A stretch of DNA of 64,000 nucleotides from Macrostomum lignano (taxonomy: Eukaryota), in the NCBI GenBank assembly GCA_002269645.1, contig NIVC01001435.1:1-64000 (forward strand), read 5' to 3'. Both the position numbers and the translations under genes were made by a program. Below, piece by piece: positions 1 through 12,900 of this stretch. The notes below the pieces were generated by a model. That model worked only from the letters and a program-made list of their open reading frames with translations. It had not been told where the DNA came from and made no database searches. Positions within the stretch are counted from its first letter, which is position 1. Every line of letters starts with the position of its first letter.

Positions 1-1425
1 CCAACAATAACCCTCTATCTTTAATGACCAACAATAACCCTCTATCTTTTAATGACCCAACAATAACCCTCTATCTTTTAATGACCCAACAATAACCCTC
101 TATCTTTCAATGACCCAACAATAACCCTCTATCTTTCAATGACCCAATAACCCTCTATCTTTTAATGACCCAACAATAACCCTCTATCTTTCAATGACCC
201 AACAATAACCCTCTATCTTTCAATGACCCAACAATAACTTTTAAAGACCCAACAATAACCCTCTATCTTTTAATGACCCAACAATAACCCTCTGTCTTTC
301 AAAGACCCAACAATAACCCTCTGTCTTTCAAAGACCCAACAATAACCCTCTATCTTTTAATGACCCAACAATAACCCTCTGTCTTTCAATGACCCAACAA
401 TAACCCTCTATCTTTCAATGACCCAACAATAACCCTCTATCTTTTAATGACCCATAACCCTCTATCTTTTAATGACCCAACAATAACCCTCTATCTTTCA
501 ATGACCAACAATAACCCTCTCTTTCAATGACCCAACAATAACCCTCTATCTTTCAATGACCCAACAATAACCCTCTGTCTTTCAAAGACCCAACAATAAC
601 CCTCTATCTTTCAATGACCAACAATAACCCTCTATCTTTTAATGACCCAACAATAACCCTCTATCTTTCAATGACCCAACAATAACCCTCTGTCTTTCAA
701 TGACCCAACAATAACCCTCTATCTTTCAATGACCCAACAATAACCCTCTATCTTTCAATAGCCCAGTAACCCTCTATCTTTTAATGACCCAACAATAACC
801 CTCTGTCTTTCAAAGACCCAACAATAACCCTCTGTCTTTCAAAGACCCAACAATAACCCTCTGTCTTTCAAAGACCCAACAATAACCCTCTATCTTTCAA
901 AGACCCAACAATAACCCTCTGTCTTTCAAAGACCCAACAATAACCCTCTATCTTTTAATGACCCAACAATAACCCTCTATCTTTTAATGACCCAACAATA
1001 ACCCTCTATCTTTCAATGACCCAACAATAACCCTCTATCTTTCAATGACCCAACAATAACCCTCTATCTTTCAATAGCCCAGTAACCCTCTATCTTTTAA
1101 TGACCCAACAATAACCCTCTGTCTTTCAAAGACCCAACAATAACCCTCTGTCTTTCAAAGACCCAACAATAACCCTCTGTCTTTCAAAGACCCAACAATA
1201 ACCCTCTGTCTTTCAAAGACCCAACAATAACCCTCTGTCTTTCAAAGACCCAACAATAACCCTCTATCTTTTAATGACCCAACAATAACCCTCTATCTTT
1301 TAATGACCCAACAATAACCCTCTGTCTTTCAATGACCCAACAATAACCCTCTATCTTTCAATGACCCAACAATAACCCTCTATCTTTCAATAGCCCAGTA
1401 ACCCTCTATCTTTTAATGACCCAAC
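1..1425. repeat. Minisatellite, ~30-bp unit CCAACAATAACCCTCT(A/G)TCTTT(T/C)AA(T/A)GAC, in intron 3 of the alpha2delta gene
   Basis: About 47 tandem copies read directly; the array continues off the left edge. Confidence 0.95.
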
Positions 1426-1535
1426 AACCCCCGCCCCGATCCTTCAGTGAGTCAGTGACCCAAAAACAACCACCGATCCTTCAGTGACCCAACTACAACC
1501 CCATAGCCATCGGTGCCTCCTCCCAGAGCACTCGC

Positions 1536-1866
1536 CTTTATAGCCTTAGTCTTTATGGCAACCATTTTGCCTATCTGCTCAGAGAGCTGCTCAACCTCAG
1601 CCAAAGGATTGCTGGCCTCGACCTTGAACAGGCTGTCCGCCAGCGCTTTTACGTAAATCTGAAATTTGTTTCGTAGGAAAATCTCGCTTTTAGACATAAA
1701 TATAACAATATTGGTAAAGCAGCTAGCATTAGGACTCACCTTTGTTAAATTGTCGAAGCCGCTGGCATTTTGAAAGACTTTTTTTAGCTGATCAGCTAAC
1801 TTATCTGCCTCAGACTTGAGTCTAAAAGAAAATAGAATTGGCTAGTGTAACTTTACAGTGTTTGCC

Positions 1867-1909
<43 letters not shown>

Positions 1910-1946
1910 ATGTCTGTCTTAGTGTCTGTCTTAGTGTCTGTCTTAG

Positions 1947-2019
<73 letters not shown>

Positions 2020-2036
2020 GTCTGTCTGTCTGTCTT

Positions 2037-2118
<82 letters not shown>

Positions 2119-2343
2119 GGCGTGTCTATTTTTAATCTGTCTGAATCATCCCCGCACCAGGATAAACCAAAGTTAATTATGGAGCTACAAAGATTAACCC
2201 CCCGAGCCCTCTACTCACGACAGTTGGGCAAAGCAGGGCGACCAACAGTACAAGCAGCAACAGCAGTAGATAACTGTCAGAAGAGGCAGCTGGGATCTCC
2301 ATGACCTACCGGACGCTGTAAAGCTGCCGGGTCGAGGCTGCAT
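1536..2343 (-). CDS. CACNA2D: Voltage-gated calcium channel alpha2delta subunit, 5' partial (exons 1-3)
   Basis: Exons 2343-2219, 1821-1740 and 1658-1536 join in phase. They give a signal-peptide-like MQPRPGSF...[20 protein letters not shown] followed by [70 protein letters not shown], which aligns by eye with human CACNA2D1 [47 protein letters not shown]...SNRSKAL. The 82-bp exon 2 matches the vertebrate exon size as I recall it. The exon 3 donor is GC. Confidence 0.85.
1858..2118. repeat. (TGTC)n microsatellite in alpha2delta intron 1
   Basis: Direct reading; explains ORFs 1838..2176 and 1858..2304. Confidence 0.95.
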
Positions 2344-3202
2344 CGCAGCGGCTGTTGGAGCTCCGTGTCCGTAAATCAAAGCTTTTGAGACGTTTTTCTG
2401 TCTTTCTTCAATACCCCTTGATTGTCTGTAAATTATCTCAGATAAGTATAGTGTGCGTGGCGTTAGTATTCAAATACGATTCTCGTCAAAAAATAGTCCC
2501 TCTTTTTTGCAAGTGAAAGACTAGCTATAGAAGCGTTTTATATACGAACCGCTGCGTTCATTCTCGGGGTACAGCTGTATATAGGATTTGCCAGTCCTTG
2601 ACGCCGCTTTGCCGCTTTTCGTCCAGGAGGGTATGAGAGGTGAAGAAAGGCGAATTTTGGGGTTTGGGTGGGTTGGAGGGAGACTTCGGGAAGGCCCCCC
2701 TGCAGGCTTAGCTTGGCGTATGCATGCAGTTGGTCCCTTTCTTATTTGCCCACCCTCCCAGCTGTACAGAACTGCGCGCCTGCTACAAGAAGCAACCGGG
2801 GTTGGAATCGGTTCCGTCCTGCATGCGTTACGGCAATGCAACCAATTCAAGCGAAATTTCGCTTTATGCACTGTTCGTTCCTCGGCGACGACCACCCCTG
2901 GCGCTCGCTCTCTCTCTCCCTTCTCGTTCGCTGTGCGTTAATCCTCTTTCGCATTTTCCTATTCCCTTCAGGTTGCATTTCCTTTTCTTTCGTACAGGTT
3001 CGGATGCGTCCTTGCTGGTATTTTCCCTAGAGGGCAGCAGGCGCTACTGGCTGAATGGAGACTACAGATAGGGGAAAAAGGAAAAGAGCTTGTAGTAGGA
3101 TACAGCTAAAGTATATACGAAGGCTTTGTCGGAGACTTCTGGATACATTGGACTGGAAACGGCCGCGGGCCGGCCGCACCAAATCCATTTACACATGTAA
3201 TT

Positions 3203-3267
3203 GGGTATCAAACTGCGACCTTCAAGTCGTGAGTCCGGTACGCTCTAACCATTAGGCTACAACCCCT
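3203..3267 (-). mobile_element. 5' (tRNA-head) fragment of the SINE family
   Basis: Reverse complement AGGGGTTGTAGCCTAATGGTTAGAGCGTACCGGACTCACGACTTGAAGGTCGCAGTTTGATACCC matches the heads of the longer copies at 17630 and 58930. Confidence 0.75.
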
Positions 3268-3731
3268 CCCCCGCCCAACGGAGGCAGACACGCGCTCACA
3301 CAATCTTCACTGTTTTGAACTTTTGAAACAATACATACTTCTTGGCTTACAGGGTTTACTCCTTTTAATATTTTAATGAGGCATGGAAGTTTTGAAATAA
3401 AAAAATAAAGCCTACATGTAGGTGACAAAGCCCTTAATTGTGGAGCTCGATCGAGACCCAAACAATATAACAGAAATTAAAATAACATTCAATATATCAT
3501 TATATCACTGTACTGTCAAGTTAATTCATTCAACCACTGCTTGAAAATGCCACCTAAGAGCAGAACCATATAACGCACAATTGATGTCGCATGGTACTCG
3601 TGTATTCCCATTTGCGTTGGTTGAGACGCAATGGCGTTTAGAGGGATACTTAACGTTGTGAATTGAGTCCAGATTTTTGCTCTTTTAACCTTTAACTTTT
3701 CCTTCAAAACAGGACTAGTTGCACTTTGAAG

Positions 3732-3897
3732 CAGTGATGCAACCAGAATTTCGGTGAGTGGGGCGGATCATGGGGGGTTGGAGCTAGGGGGCGGCTTGTA
3801 TTTTGGCGAAAATTCGCTTGACCCATGCATTATTATTTCCGGGTCTCGGCCGAACAGAGGCGGTTGCCCCTGCCTCCACCACTTGGTTTTACCACTG
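3732..3897. mobile_element. Possible degenerate hAT-type MITE
   Basis: Ends CAGTGATGCAACCAG and the reverse complement CAGTGGTAAAACCAA match 11/15. The 8-bp flanks CTTTGAAG and CTCTAGAG are only partly similar. Confidence 0.3.
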
Positions 3898-4287
3898 CTC
3901 TAGAGTTCGGTACGATCGCTAAACGCTACAGTCTACACATAATGGACTAACGTGCATACTAAGTATTTTTTCCAAAACGCGTATTTTAAATTCACCTTTT
4001 CTTCGAAATTGAGTATGGTCGGTAGGTGTCTGTCTTGTCTCGTATCTTCGAAAAGTGTACGTTGCACCATGACAAATCGGTCAAGCAGGCGGCAAATATA
4101 TTATCATATTTAGGTTACGTATCATGCAAAAAAATTTTTAAACTTTAAGCTTAAACTAAAAGTCAGTGTACCGTTGCTTCAATGTAGAAAGTTTACTATT
4201 TTAATTTTGCCTTCCCTTACCTAGTAGGCCTAGATCAATCTCATTAATCAGTTTTTCAGTTACACAACAAAGGCCTAATCAACAATT

Positions 4288-7200
4288 ATGATTGAACCAG
4301 AAACATTTCAAGAGGGTTTTATCTGTCCTATATGTGTTACAGATTGTTACAGTAGTGATAAGCTATTAGAACACTTCCAAGCACAGCACAATGATACCAC
4401 AGAAAGAACACACTATGATTTCAAACAGGATATTAAAGGTAAAGTTACTTTTAATATGACTAAAAAACTAAACATTTATAGTTTTAGGAGAAAAAAGTAG
4501 GGTTTAGATTTTTATTATATTATATTTAGGCTAGGCCTTAAACTTAGTCTCTATTAATTATTAAATATAATTTTATAATCTATCTTATTATTTACATTAC
4601 AGATTAGAATTAGATTTATGCATTTTATAAATTAAATGGCTAAGTCTAAATGATTTATATAAAGAAAATGAAAGCATCTTTGTTTGAATTACAATTATAA
4701 AACTAATAATATTAGGCCTAATATAAACAAAATATGAATAACTACATTTTATATTATAACTATATTCTAAATCTTAAAGTTTATTATAAAAAGCCTAGGC
4801 CTCTATAATAAGATAATGATTAAAAGCATCAAAGCCTTTGGTAAGAAGGGATGTCAAAATAAACTACATATAACCTATATAGGTAAATATATTGTTATGC
4901 ATTATAATTATATATATTCTCTACACCATAAAGGTTGGCTTTCATGGCTATGAATCATAGAGTCATAAAGATAATATACAATGGTAGCACAGAACCTTCA
5001 ATTAGAAAGGCAATGGTTAAGTGTTTATCCCTTCTACTCTAGCAACAAATTTTTAGAATTAAAGCAATGCATTATAATATTAAACTCTTACAAAAATGTA
5101 TAAAAACTACAAAAAAACTACAAAACTTACAAAAAACTACATGGTACTTAACCAATGGTAGGATTGGAGGATAAGCACCTCCCAGGGGGATAGGAAGATA
5201 GTCACCTAGGGCTATAGTCCTCTTTGCCCCTACCTATGCCAATATTAATAATATAAAAAATAGTTTTTAACTTGTTCTTTTTCTAATGAACATAAATAAT
5301 TGGTTAATAAATAGCATTAAAATTAAATTAAATTAAGCTTTTATAATTAGAAACTTTCTATTTTATAATAAAAAATTTGCTAATTTTATTATAACTCATC
5401 TTAGACATGCTTTGCCATAAATTAGAATTTATAACAATAAGCCTTTAATACTTTGCTTGTATGACTAATACAAATGATTATGTAGGTCTATTATGATATC
5501 TCGTGTATATTTGACATGTTTTTGCTTTATTTAGTTTTTTTGAAAATTGTTTTGCATTTGAAGCTACCTATAGCAACCAGCAAAGCATTTGCTTGGGAGG
5601 GGGCAGAGCGGCTCAGAGGCAAATGTCTAATTTTTTGTTTGTAAATTGTACCATAACTCTAGTTGGATGCTGTGTATGGTCAGACTAATTTGGGGGAGGG
5701 GGTGTTGTGCAATTGAGGGTCGACCCCTGAGGCACACAGAGAGTGTACATGCCTGAGGATTAGAAAGTGAGGGCTGCTGTACACCCTGTGTGAGCGAGTG
5801 CGTCAGTGCATGCTTGGTTGTGAGAGGATGTGGAAGGCCTGCAACCCTCCTGTAATAATCATTATCATGTCTATTAAGGCTATTACTAACTTTTTTGTTT
5901 CCAAATTGTTTATTTTAAACGCAGCGCTTCTTGGCAAGACAAAGACCCTATTTAGCAAGGAAGCGTCTCAACCTTCATCGTCTTTGTCTGGTAGCAGCCA
6001 GGCGTCGGCTAGACGCAGCGGGGCTGGCAGCAGCAGCTTGTCGCAGACCAACAGGCAGCAGCAGCAGCAGCAACAACAAAAAAAGTTTCCCTACTATGAA
6101 GATCCAAACAGTTTTCAAGCGCCCGGCATTACTCGCCAACTGACCCGACAGTTTAAGGAGGCCCGCCTGGCCAAGATGACTAGCAAGGAGACGCAGACCA
6201 ATAAACTACTGCTGCGATTGGACAGGCTTATCAGCGAGGGGCCCTTGGATCCAAAGCAGCGAAAGGGTAAGGCTGGATTTGGCTGTGTTCATTTTTCTTC
6301 TATTTGTTATTGTCTGGCCACCACTGCTCGTGGCCAGAAACAGCATATTAAGGGGAAAATATTAAGAGAAAAAGAATATTAAATACAAGCGTATTATTTA
6401 ATTATTTAAGTCTGGCGCAGTGGAAGCACGAGAATTTCCCGTAGCAAGCTTTTCCCGCGAGAGGTTTTCCTACAGGGGTTTCCAGTAGGAATTTCAAGTC
6501 AAATCCAGTCAGTAGACTATACTAGACTAGATTAGAGCTAGAATAGAATAGACTATAGCTAGATTAGACTAGATTAGAACTAGACTAGAATAGACTAGAC
6601 TAAATTAGAGCTAGAATAGAACATACTATAGCTAAATTAGACTAGATTAGAACTAGACTAGAATAGACTAGACTATACTAGACTAGATTAGAGCTAGAAT
6701 AGAATACACTAGACTATACTAGACTAGATTAGAACTAGAATAGAATAGACTAGACTATACTAGACTAAATTAGAGCTAGAAATAGAATAGACTAGACTAT
6801 ACTAGACTAAATTAGAGCTAGAAATAGAATAGACTAGACTATACTAGACTAAATTAGAGCTAGAAATAGAATAGACTAGACTATACTAGACTAGATTAGA
6901 ACTAGACTAGAATAGACTGGACTATACTAGACTAGAATAGAACTAGACTAGAATAGACTATAGCTATACCTGTTTGCCTGTTTAACTACTGTTTTTCTTG
7001 CTTGTCTATCTGTTTCTTGTTGTCTGGTTCTCGTGACTCCTATGTCATATCTGGTCTGCCTGTTTCTGCCAGTCCACCTGTCCCCATGTCCCTCACCTGG
7101 CAGAGTTTGAGCAGTCCATAGTCTACTGGGCGCCAGACGTGGACGTGCCCCTGTGCCCGCATTGCGGCCTCCGGTTCTTGCCGCTGGCCCGTCGCCGACA

Positions 7201-9011
7201 CCACTGCCGCCTGTGCGGCGCCGTCCTGTGCGCCGCCTGCAGCCTCTTCCTGCCCTACAAGCTGGCGCGAGTGCTCACTGCGCCACCCGCCGACGATGGC
7301 GACAGCGCTGATGCTGCCGCAGCCACGGCTCCCGGGCTCGGCTTTATCCAACGATCTGGCTCCGAGTCGTCGCTTCACTCGCTGCTGACAGCGGCGGTTG
7401 TGAGCGGAGGCGGCGGCAGCGGCGGTAAGAAGCTGAGCTTCAGCAGAGCAACAGCTGGGTGTTTTAATGTAAAAATGATGGTGTGTAGCCTGTTTTGTTT
7501 ACCGTTATGGTTGTAGCTTAGCTAAAACAGTAACTCTTACTTATTGAATATTTGCTGGCGAGGCAATTATTTTATTTAAACAAGGTTAAGTTACTCCTGC
7601 CGTTTACCCTGCGATATAAAAATAATCAGGTTTGAATTCGTCTCGCGAAGCCCTTGTAATCCGCGTCTGTCCGGACTGTCGCGACTGTCTGGAGTTTCGC
7701 CGGCATCGGTCGGCAGCCAGGCAGCAATCAACTCTGATGCCGGCTTCTCCAATTAGCGAACTGTACAGACAGATGCGAGTTGCTATGCTCAAGGCTGGCG
7801 ATCTGTTGTCCGAGTACGAGCCAATGGCGGCTTCGCTTAGACGAGGCGAAGATTCTTATAATTTGGCGCACGTGTCCGAGCTCAGGATGCAGATTAGACA
7901 GCTGCTGGATCAGGTGAGCAGTCTGTAGCAGTAATGTAGATACTTTACTGTAATGTAGATACTGTACTGTAGCGTAGATACTCTAATACTGTAATTTAGA
8001 TACTGTATTTTACATGTAGATTCTCCTCTGTACATGTGGGCACAGCACTCTTCTCTATTATTCTCCGATACGGCATTTAACCTGGTGGTCCGTTCGAAAC
8101 GCGCAAAATTTGTATGACTTTTGGTTCAAAAGTTGTTGCGTCATTCGTCAAAGTATAAATATATTCTTTCACCAAAGAAAATACGAAACTCGCCTACTTT
8201 AAGTAGCATAGCTAGGATGCGTTAGCTAGCATTCTATCGTCTAAAATTCATTTATTCCAAATTCGCACAGATCGACGCCGTCAGTCTGCGCATAGCCAGC
8301 CTGAGCGCCAAGGCGCAGACGCCGGACCCGGACGAGGCCTCGGACAGCTCGGCCGGCTTGCAAAAACAGCTGCGCCAACAGCAATTGGCCAAGGAGGCTC
8401 GGGTTGAACGAGCAATCCGAGCCTATGCTGTTGCTTTTGTACGCGAAGGCCTCCTGATTGTCGCCTGCCTGCCGACCCCCGACCAGCTGCGGGAGCTGCG
8501 GGCTCAGCGGGCCGAGCAGCAGCGTCGAGAAGCCGAGGCCAGGCGCGCCGCCGTCGCCGCCAAGGAGCAGCAGCAGCAGCAGCGGTCACGTGCCGCTCCC
8601 CCGCCAGCGCCGCCTCCGCCACCGCCTCCGCAGGGCGCCTTCGTGGCGGCCACGGCGCGTCGCCGACCAGCAGCGGCCGTCGGGACCGGCGCGGACGAAG
8701 AAGCGGCCGACCCGCTGCTCGAGCAGATTGGCAACCTGCGCGACTTCATCGGCCAGGCCAGGCAGGCCGGCCGCGCTGACGAGGTTCGCGCGCTGGAGGC
8801 CAACCTGGCTGAGCTGCTGGCCGAGCTGCACGCCAGGCAGGAGGCGGAGCGGCGACAGGCGAACGCCGCTGCCAACAAGCCGCCGGCCCCGCCGCCGCCG
8901 CCGAGGAATCCCTTCGAACCGGAAGTTCGCGTAGCCGCCAATCCCGGTTCGAACCCGTTCGAAACGGAAACAGACGAAGTTGAGTACAGGGGCGTTAATC
9001 CATTCGATTAG
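4288..9011 (+). CDS. RBSN: Rabenosyn-5 (FYVE-domain Rab4/Rab5 effector), 5 exons, 612 aa
   Basis: Exons 4288-4438, 5925-6266, 7104-7424, 7630-7913 and 8271-9011 are all GT-AG and phase-consistent (1839 nt). Domains: N-terminal C2H2 finger (EGFICPIC...LLEHFQAQH), FYVE (WAPDVDVPLCPHC...RRHHCRLCGAVLCAAC...RVCPDC), Rbsn Rab-binding hairpin (DPLLEQIGNLRDFIGQARQAGRADEVRALEANLAEL) and three NPF motifs. Confidence 0.93.
6512..6968. repeat. Pentamer-based (TAGAC/TAGAA/TAGAT)n satellite in RBSN intron 2
   Basis: Direct reading. Confidence 0.9.
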
Positions 9012-9231
9012 GCAGATTAACTATAGCCGTGCGAATGAGTTGCTGGAAAAATCCAAATAATTATCAAGTTTTCTCGGTTAAAAATTCTTCCAAACTAAAA
9101 AAACCCTGAAAAATACATTTAAAAAATTGAGCGTGTGAGCTTGTGTGGGAGTGCCTGTGTGCAGTACGTCCGTTTTGATTTTTTGCATGATCCAGTCACC
9201 AGTCCAGTCCAGTATGAGTCCTGACCTCCCT

Positions 9232-9412
9232 GGTCCTTCAGTGACCCCCTCCACTGCCCCCTGATCTTTCAGTGACCCCCTTCCTCCATAGCCCCCTGAT
9301 CTTTCAGTGACCCCCTTCCTCCACTGTCCCGCCGATCTTTCAGTGACCCCCTTCCTCCACTGCCCCCTGATCTTTCAGTGACCCCCTTCCTCCACTGCTC
9401 CGATCCTTCAAT
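9232..9412. repeat. ~35-bp minisatellite GATCTTTCAGTGACCCCCTTCCTCCACTGCCCCCT
   Basis: About 5 copies; a similar GATCCTTCAGTGACCC motif occurs at 1436-1490. Confidence 0.8.
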
Positions 9413-9969
9413 TACCGCTTTTTGGTAGTCTTTCTACTTAAAGTAGCACTGAAGAATATCTGTTAATACAAAGGCAACAGGTCTTAACTATATCAAACAT
9501 CAAAAAAGTTCATTCATATAGTTTGGATCTCTCTGTAGCGAAGATCACCCTCTCTCTGATGGATAGATTTTTATGAAATTAGTTCATTTGGCTATCGCAT
9601 TGTAAATTGCACTGCACTGTTTATTTGTGATTAATTTTCCTTATTATATATGCCTACATGTATATGCTCCTATAGAAACCTTAAAGCACAGTATTTCTGT
9701 CAGTCAATTCACATTGACTTTCTCTCAAAGTGTATTCTAAATTTAACCAGTCAATGCGCCACCTCATCAAACTGATTATGCATGCTTTATGATAATTAGC
9801 AGGGCGCTGAATTCTTGCTTCTGTTAAAATTTGCTTACAGTTGCTTTCAATTTTTCTTAATTATACTACCAACACATGGCTAACAGTAAAGCTAAGTGAC
9901 TTACTATCACTTTTAATACTTAGTCACAAGTAAATGTACATGTAGTCACTTGGCGTTAGTCACTTATCT

Positions 9970-12900
9970 ACAACTGGGTCATTTAATAACCGATGCTACC
10001 ATGACCACAACTGGGTCATTTAATAACTGATGCTACCATGACCACAACTGGGTCATTTAATAACCGATGCTACCATGACCACAACTGGGTCATTTAATAA
10101 CCGATGCTACCATGACCACAACTGGGTCATTTAATAACCGATGCTACCATGACCACAACTGGGTCATAGATAACCGATGCTTCAATGACCACAACTGGGT
10201 CATAGATAACCGATGCTTCAATGACCACAACTGGGTCATTTAATAACCGATGCTACCATGACCACAACTGGGTCATAGATAACCGATGCTTCAATGACCA
10301 CAACTGGGTCATTTAATAACCGATGCTTCAATGACCACAACTGGGTCATAGATAACCGATGCTTCAATGACCACAACTGGGTCATTTAATAACCGATGCT
10401 ACCATGACCACAACTGGGTCATAGATAACCGATGCTTCAATGACCACAACTGGGTCATAGATAACCGATGCTACCATGACCACAACTGGGTCATTTAATA
10501 ACCGATGCTACCATGACCACAACTGGGTCATTTAATAACCGATGCTACCATGACCACAACTGGGTCATTTAATAACCGATGCTACCATGACCACAACTGG
10601 GTCATTTAATAACCGATGCTTCAATGACCACAACTGGGTCATAGATAACCGATGCTTCAATGACCACAACTGGGTCATTTAATAACCGATGCTACCATGA
10701 CCACAACTGGGTCATAGATAACCGATGCTTCAATGACCACAACTGGGTCATTTAATAACCGATGCTTCAATGACCACAACTGGGTCATAGATAACCGATG
10801 CTTCAATGACCACAACTGGGTCATTTAATAACCGATGCTACCATGACCACAACTGGGTCATAGATAACCGATGCTTCAATGACCACAACTGGGTCATAGA
10901 TAACCGATGCTACCATGACCACAACTGGGTCATAGATACCCGATGCTTCAATGACCACAACTGGGTCATAGATAACCGATGCTACCATGACCACAACTGG
11001 GTCATAGATAACCGATGCTTCAATGACCACAACTGGGTCATAGATAACCGATGCTACCATGACCACAACTGGGTCATAGATAACCGATGCTACCATGACC
11101 ACAACTGGGTCATTTAATAACCGATGCTACCATGACCACAACTGGGTCATAGATAACCGATGCTTCAATGACCACAACTGGGTCATAGATACCGATGCTT
11201 CATTGACCACAACTGGGTCATAGATAATCGATGCTACCATGACCACAACTGGGTCATAGATAACCGATGCTACCATGACCACAACTGGGTCATAGATAAC
11301 CGATGCTACCATGACCACAACTGGGTCATAGATAACCGATGCTTCAATGACCACAACTGGGTCATTTAATAACCGATGCTACCATGACCACAACTGGGTC
11401 ATAGATAACCGATGCTTCAATGACCACAACTGGGTCATAGATAACCGATGCTTCAATGACCACAACTGGGTCATTTAATAACCGATGCTACCATGACCAC
11501 AACTGGGTCATAGATAACCGATGCTTCAATGACCACAACTGGGTCATTTAATAACCGATGCTTCAATGACCACAACTGGGTCATAGATAACCGATGCTTC
11601 AATGACCACAACTGGGTCATTTAATAACCGATGCTACCATGACCACAACTGGGTCATTTAATAACCGATGCTACCATGACCACAACTGGGTCATTTAATA
11701 ACCGATGCTACCATGACCACAACTGGGTCATTTAATAACCGATGCTTCAATGACCACAACTGGGTCATAGATAACCGATGCTTCAATGACCACAACTGGG
11801 TCATTTAATAACCGATGCTACCATGACCACAACTGGGTCATAGATAACCGATGCTTCAATGACCACAACTGGGTCATTTAATAACCGATGCTTCAATGAC
11901 CACAACTGGGTCATAGATAACCGATGCTTCAATGACCACAACTGGGTCATTTAATAACCGATGCTACCATGACCACAACTGGGTCATAGATAACCGATGC
12001 TTCAATGACCACAACTGGGTCATAGATAACCGATGCTACCATGACCACAACTGGGTCATAGATACCCGATGCTTCAATGACCACAACTGGGTCATAGATA
12101 ACCGATGCTACCATGACCACAACTGGGTCATAGATAACCGATGCTTCAATGACCACAACTGGGTCATAGATAACCGATGCTTCAATGACCACAACTGGGT
12201 CATAGATAACCGATGCTACCATGACCACAACTGGGTCATTTAATAACCGATGCTACCATGACCACAACTGGGTCATAGATAACCGATGCTTCAATGACCA
12301 CAACTGGGTCATAGATACCGATGCTTCATTGACCACAACTGGGTCATAGATAATCGATGCTACCATGACCACAACTGGGTCATAGATAACCGATGCTACC
12401 ATGACCACAACTGGGTCATAGATAACCGATGCTACCATGACCACAACTGGGTCATAGATAACCGATGCTTCAATGACCACAACTGGGTCATTTAATAACC
12501 GATGCTACCATGACCACAACTGGGTCATAGATAACCGATGCTTCAATGACCACAACTGGGTCATAGATAACCGATGCTTCAATGACCACAACTGGGTCAT
12601 TTAATAACCGATGCTACCATGACCACAACTGGGTCATAGATAACCGATGCTTCAATGACCACAACTGGGTCATTTAATAACCGATGCTTCAATGACCACA
12701 ACTGGGTCATAGATAACCGATGCTTCAATGACCACAACTGGGTCATTTAATAACCGATGCTACCATGACCACAACTGGGTCATAGATAACCGATGCTTCA
12801 ATGACCACAACTGGGTCATAGATAACCGATGCTACCATGACCACAACTGGGTCATAGATACCCGATGCTTCAATGACCACAACTGGGTCATAGATAACCG

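Noticed and set aside
1452-1739. Single-exon 95-aa gene
   Set aside because: Its GTG start is the exon 2 donor of the alpha2delta gene; only 1658-1536 is coding.
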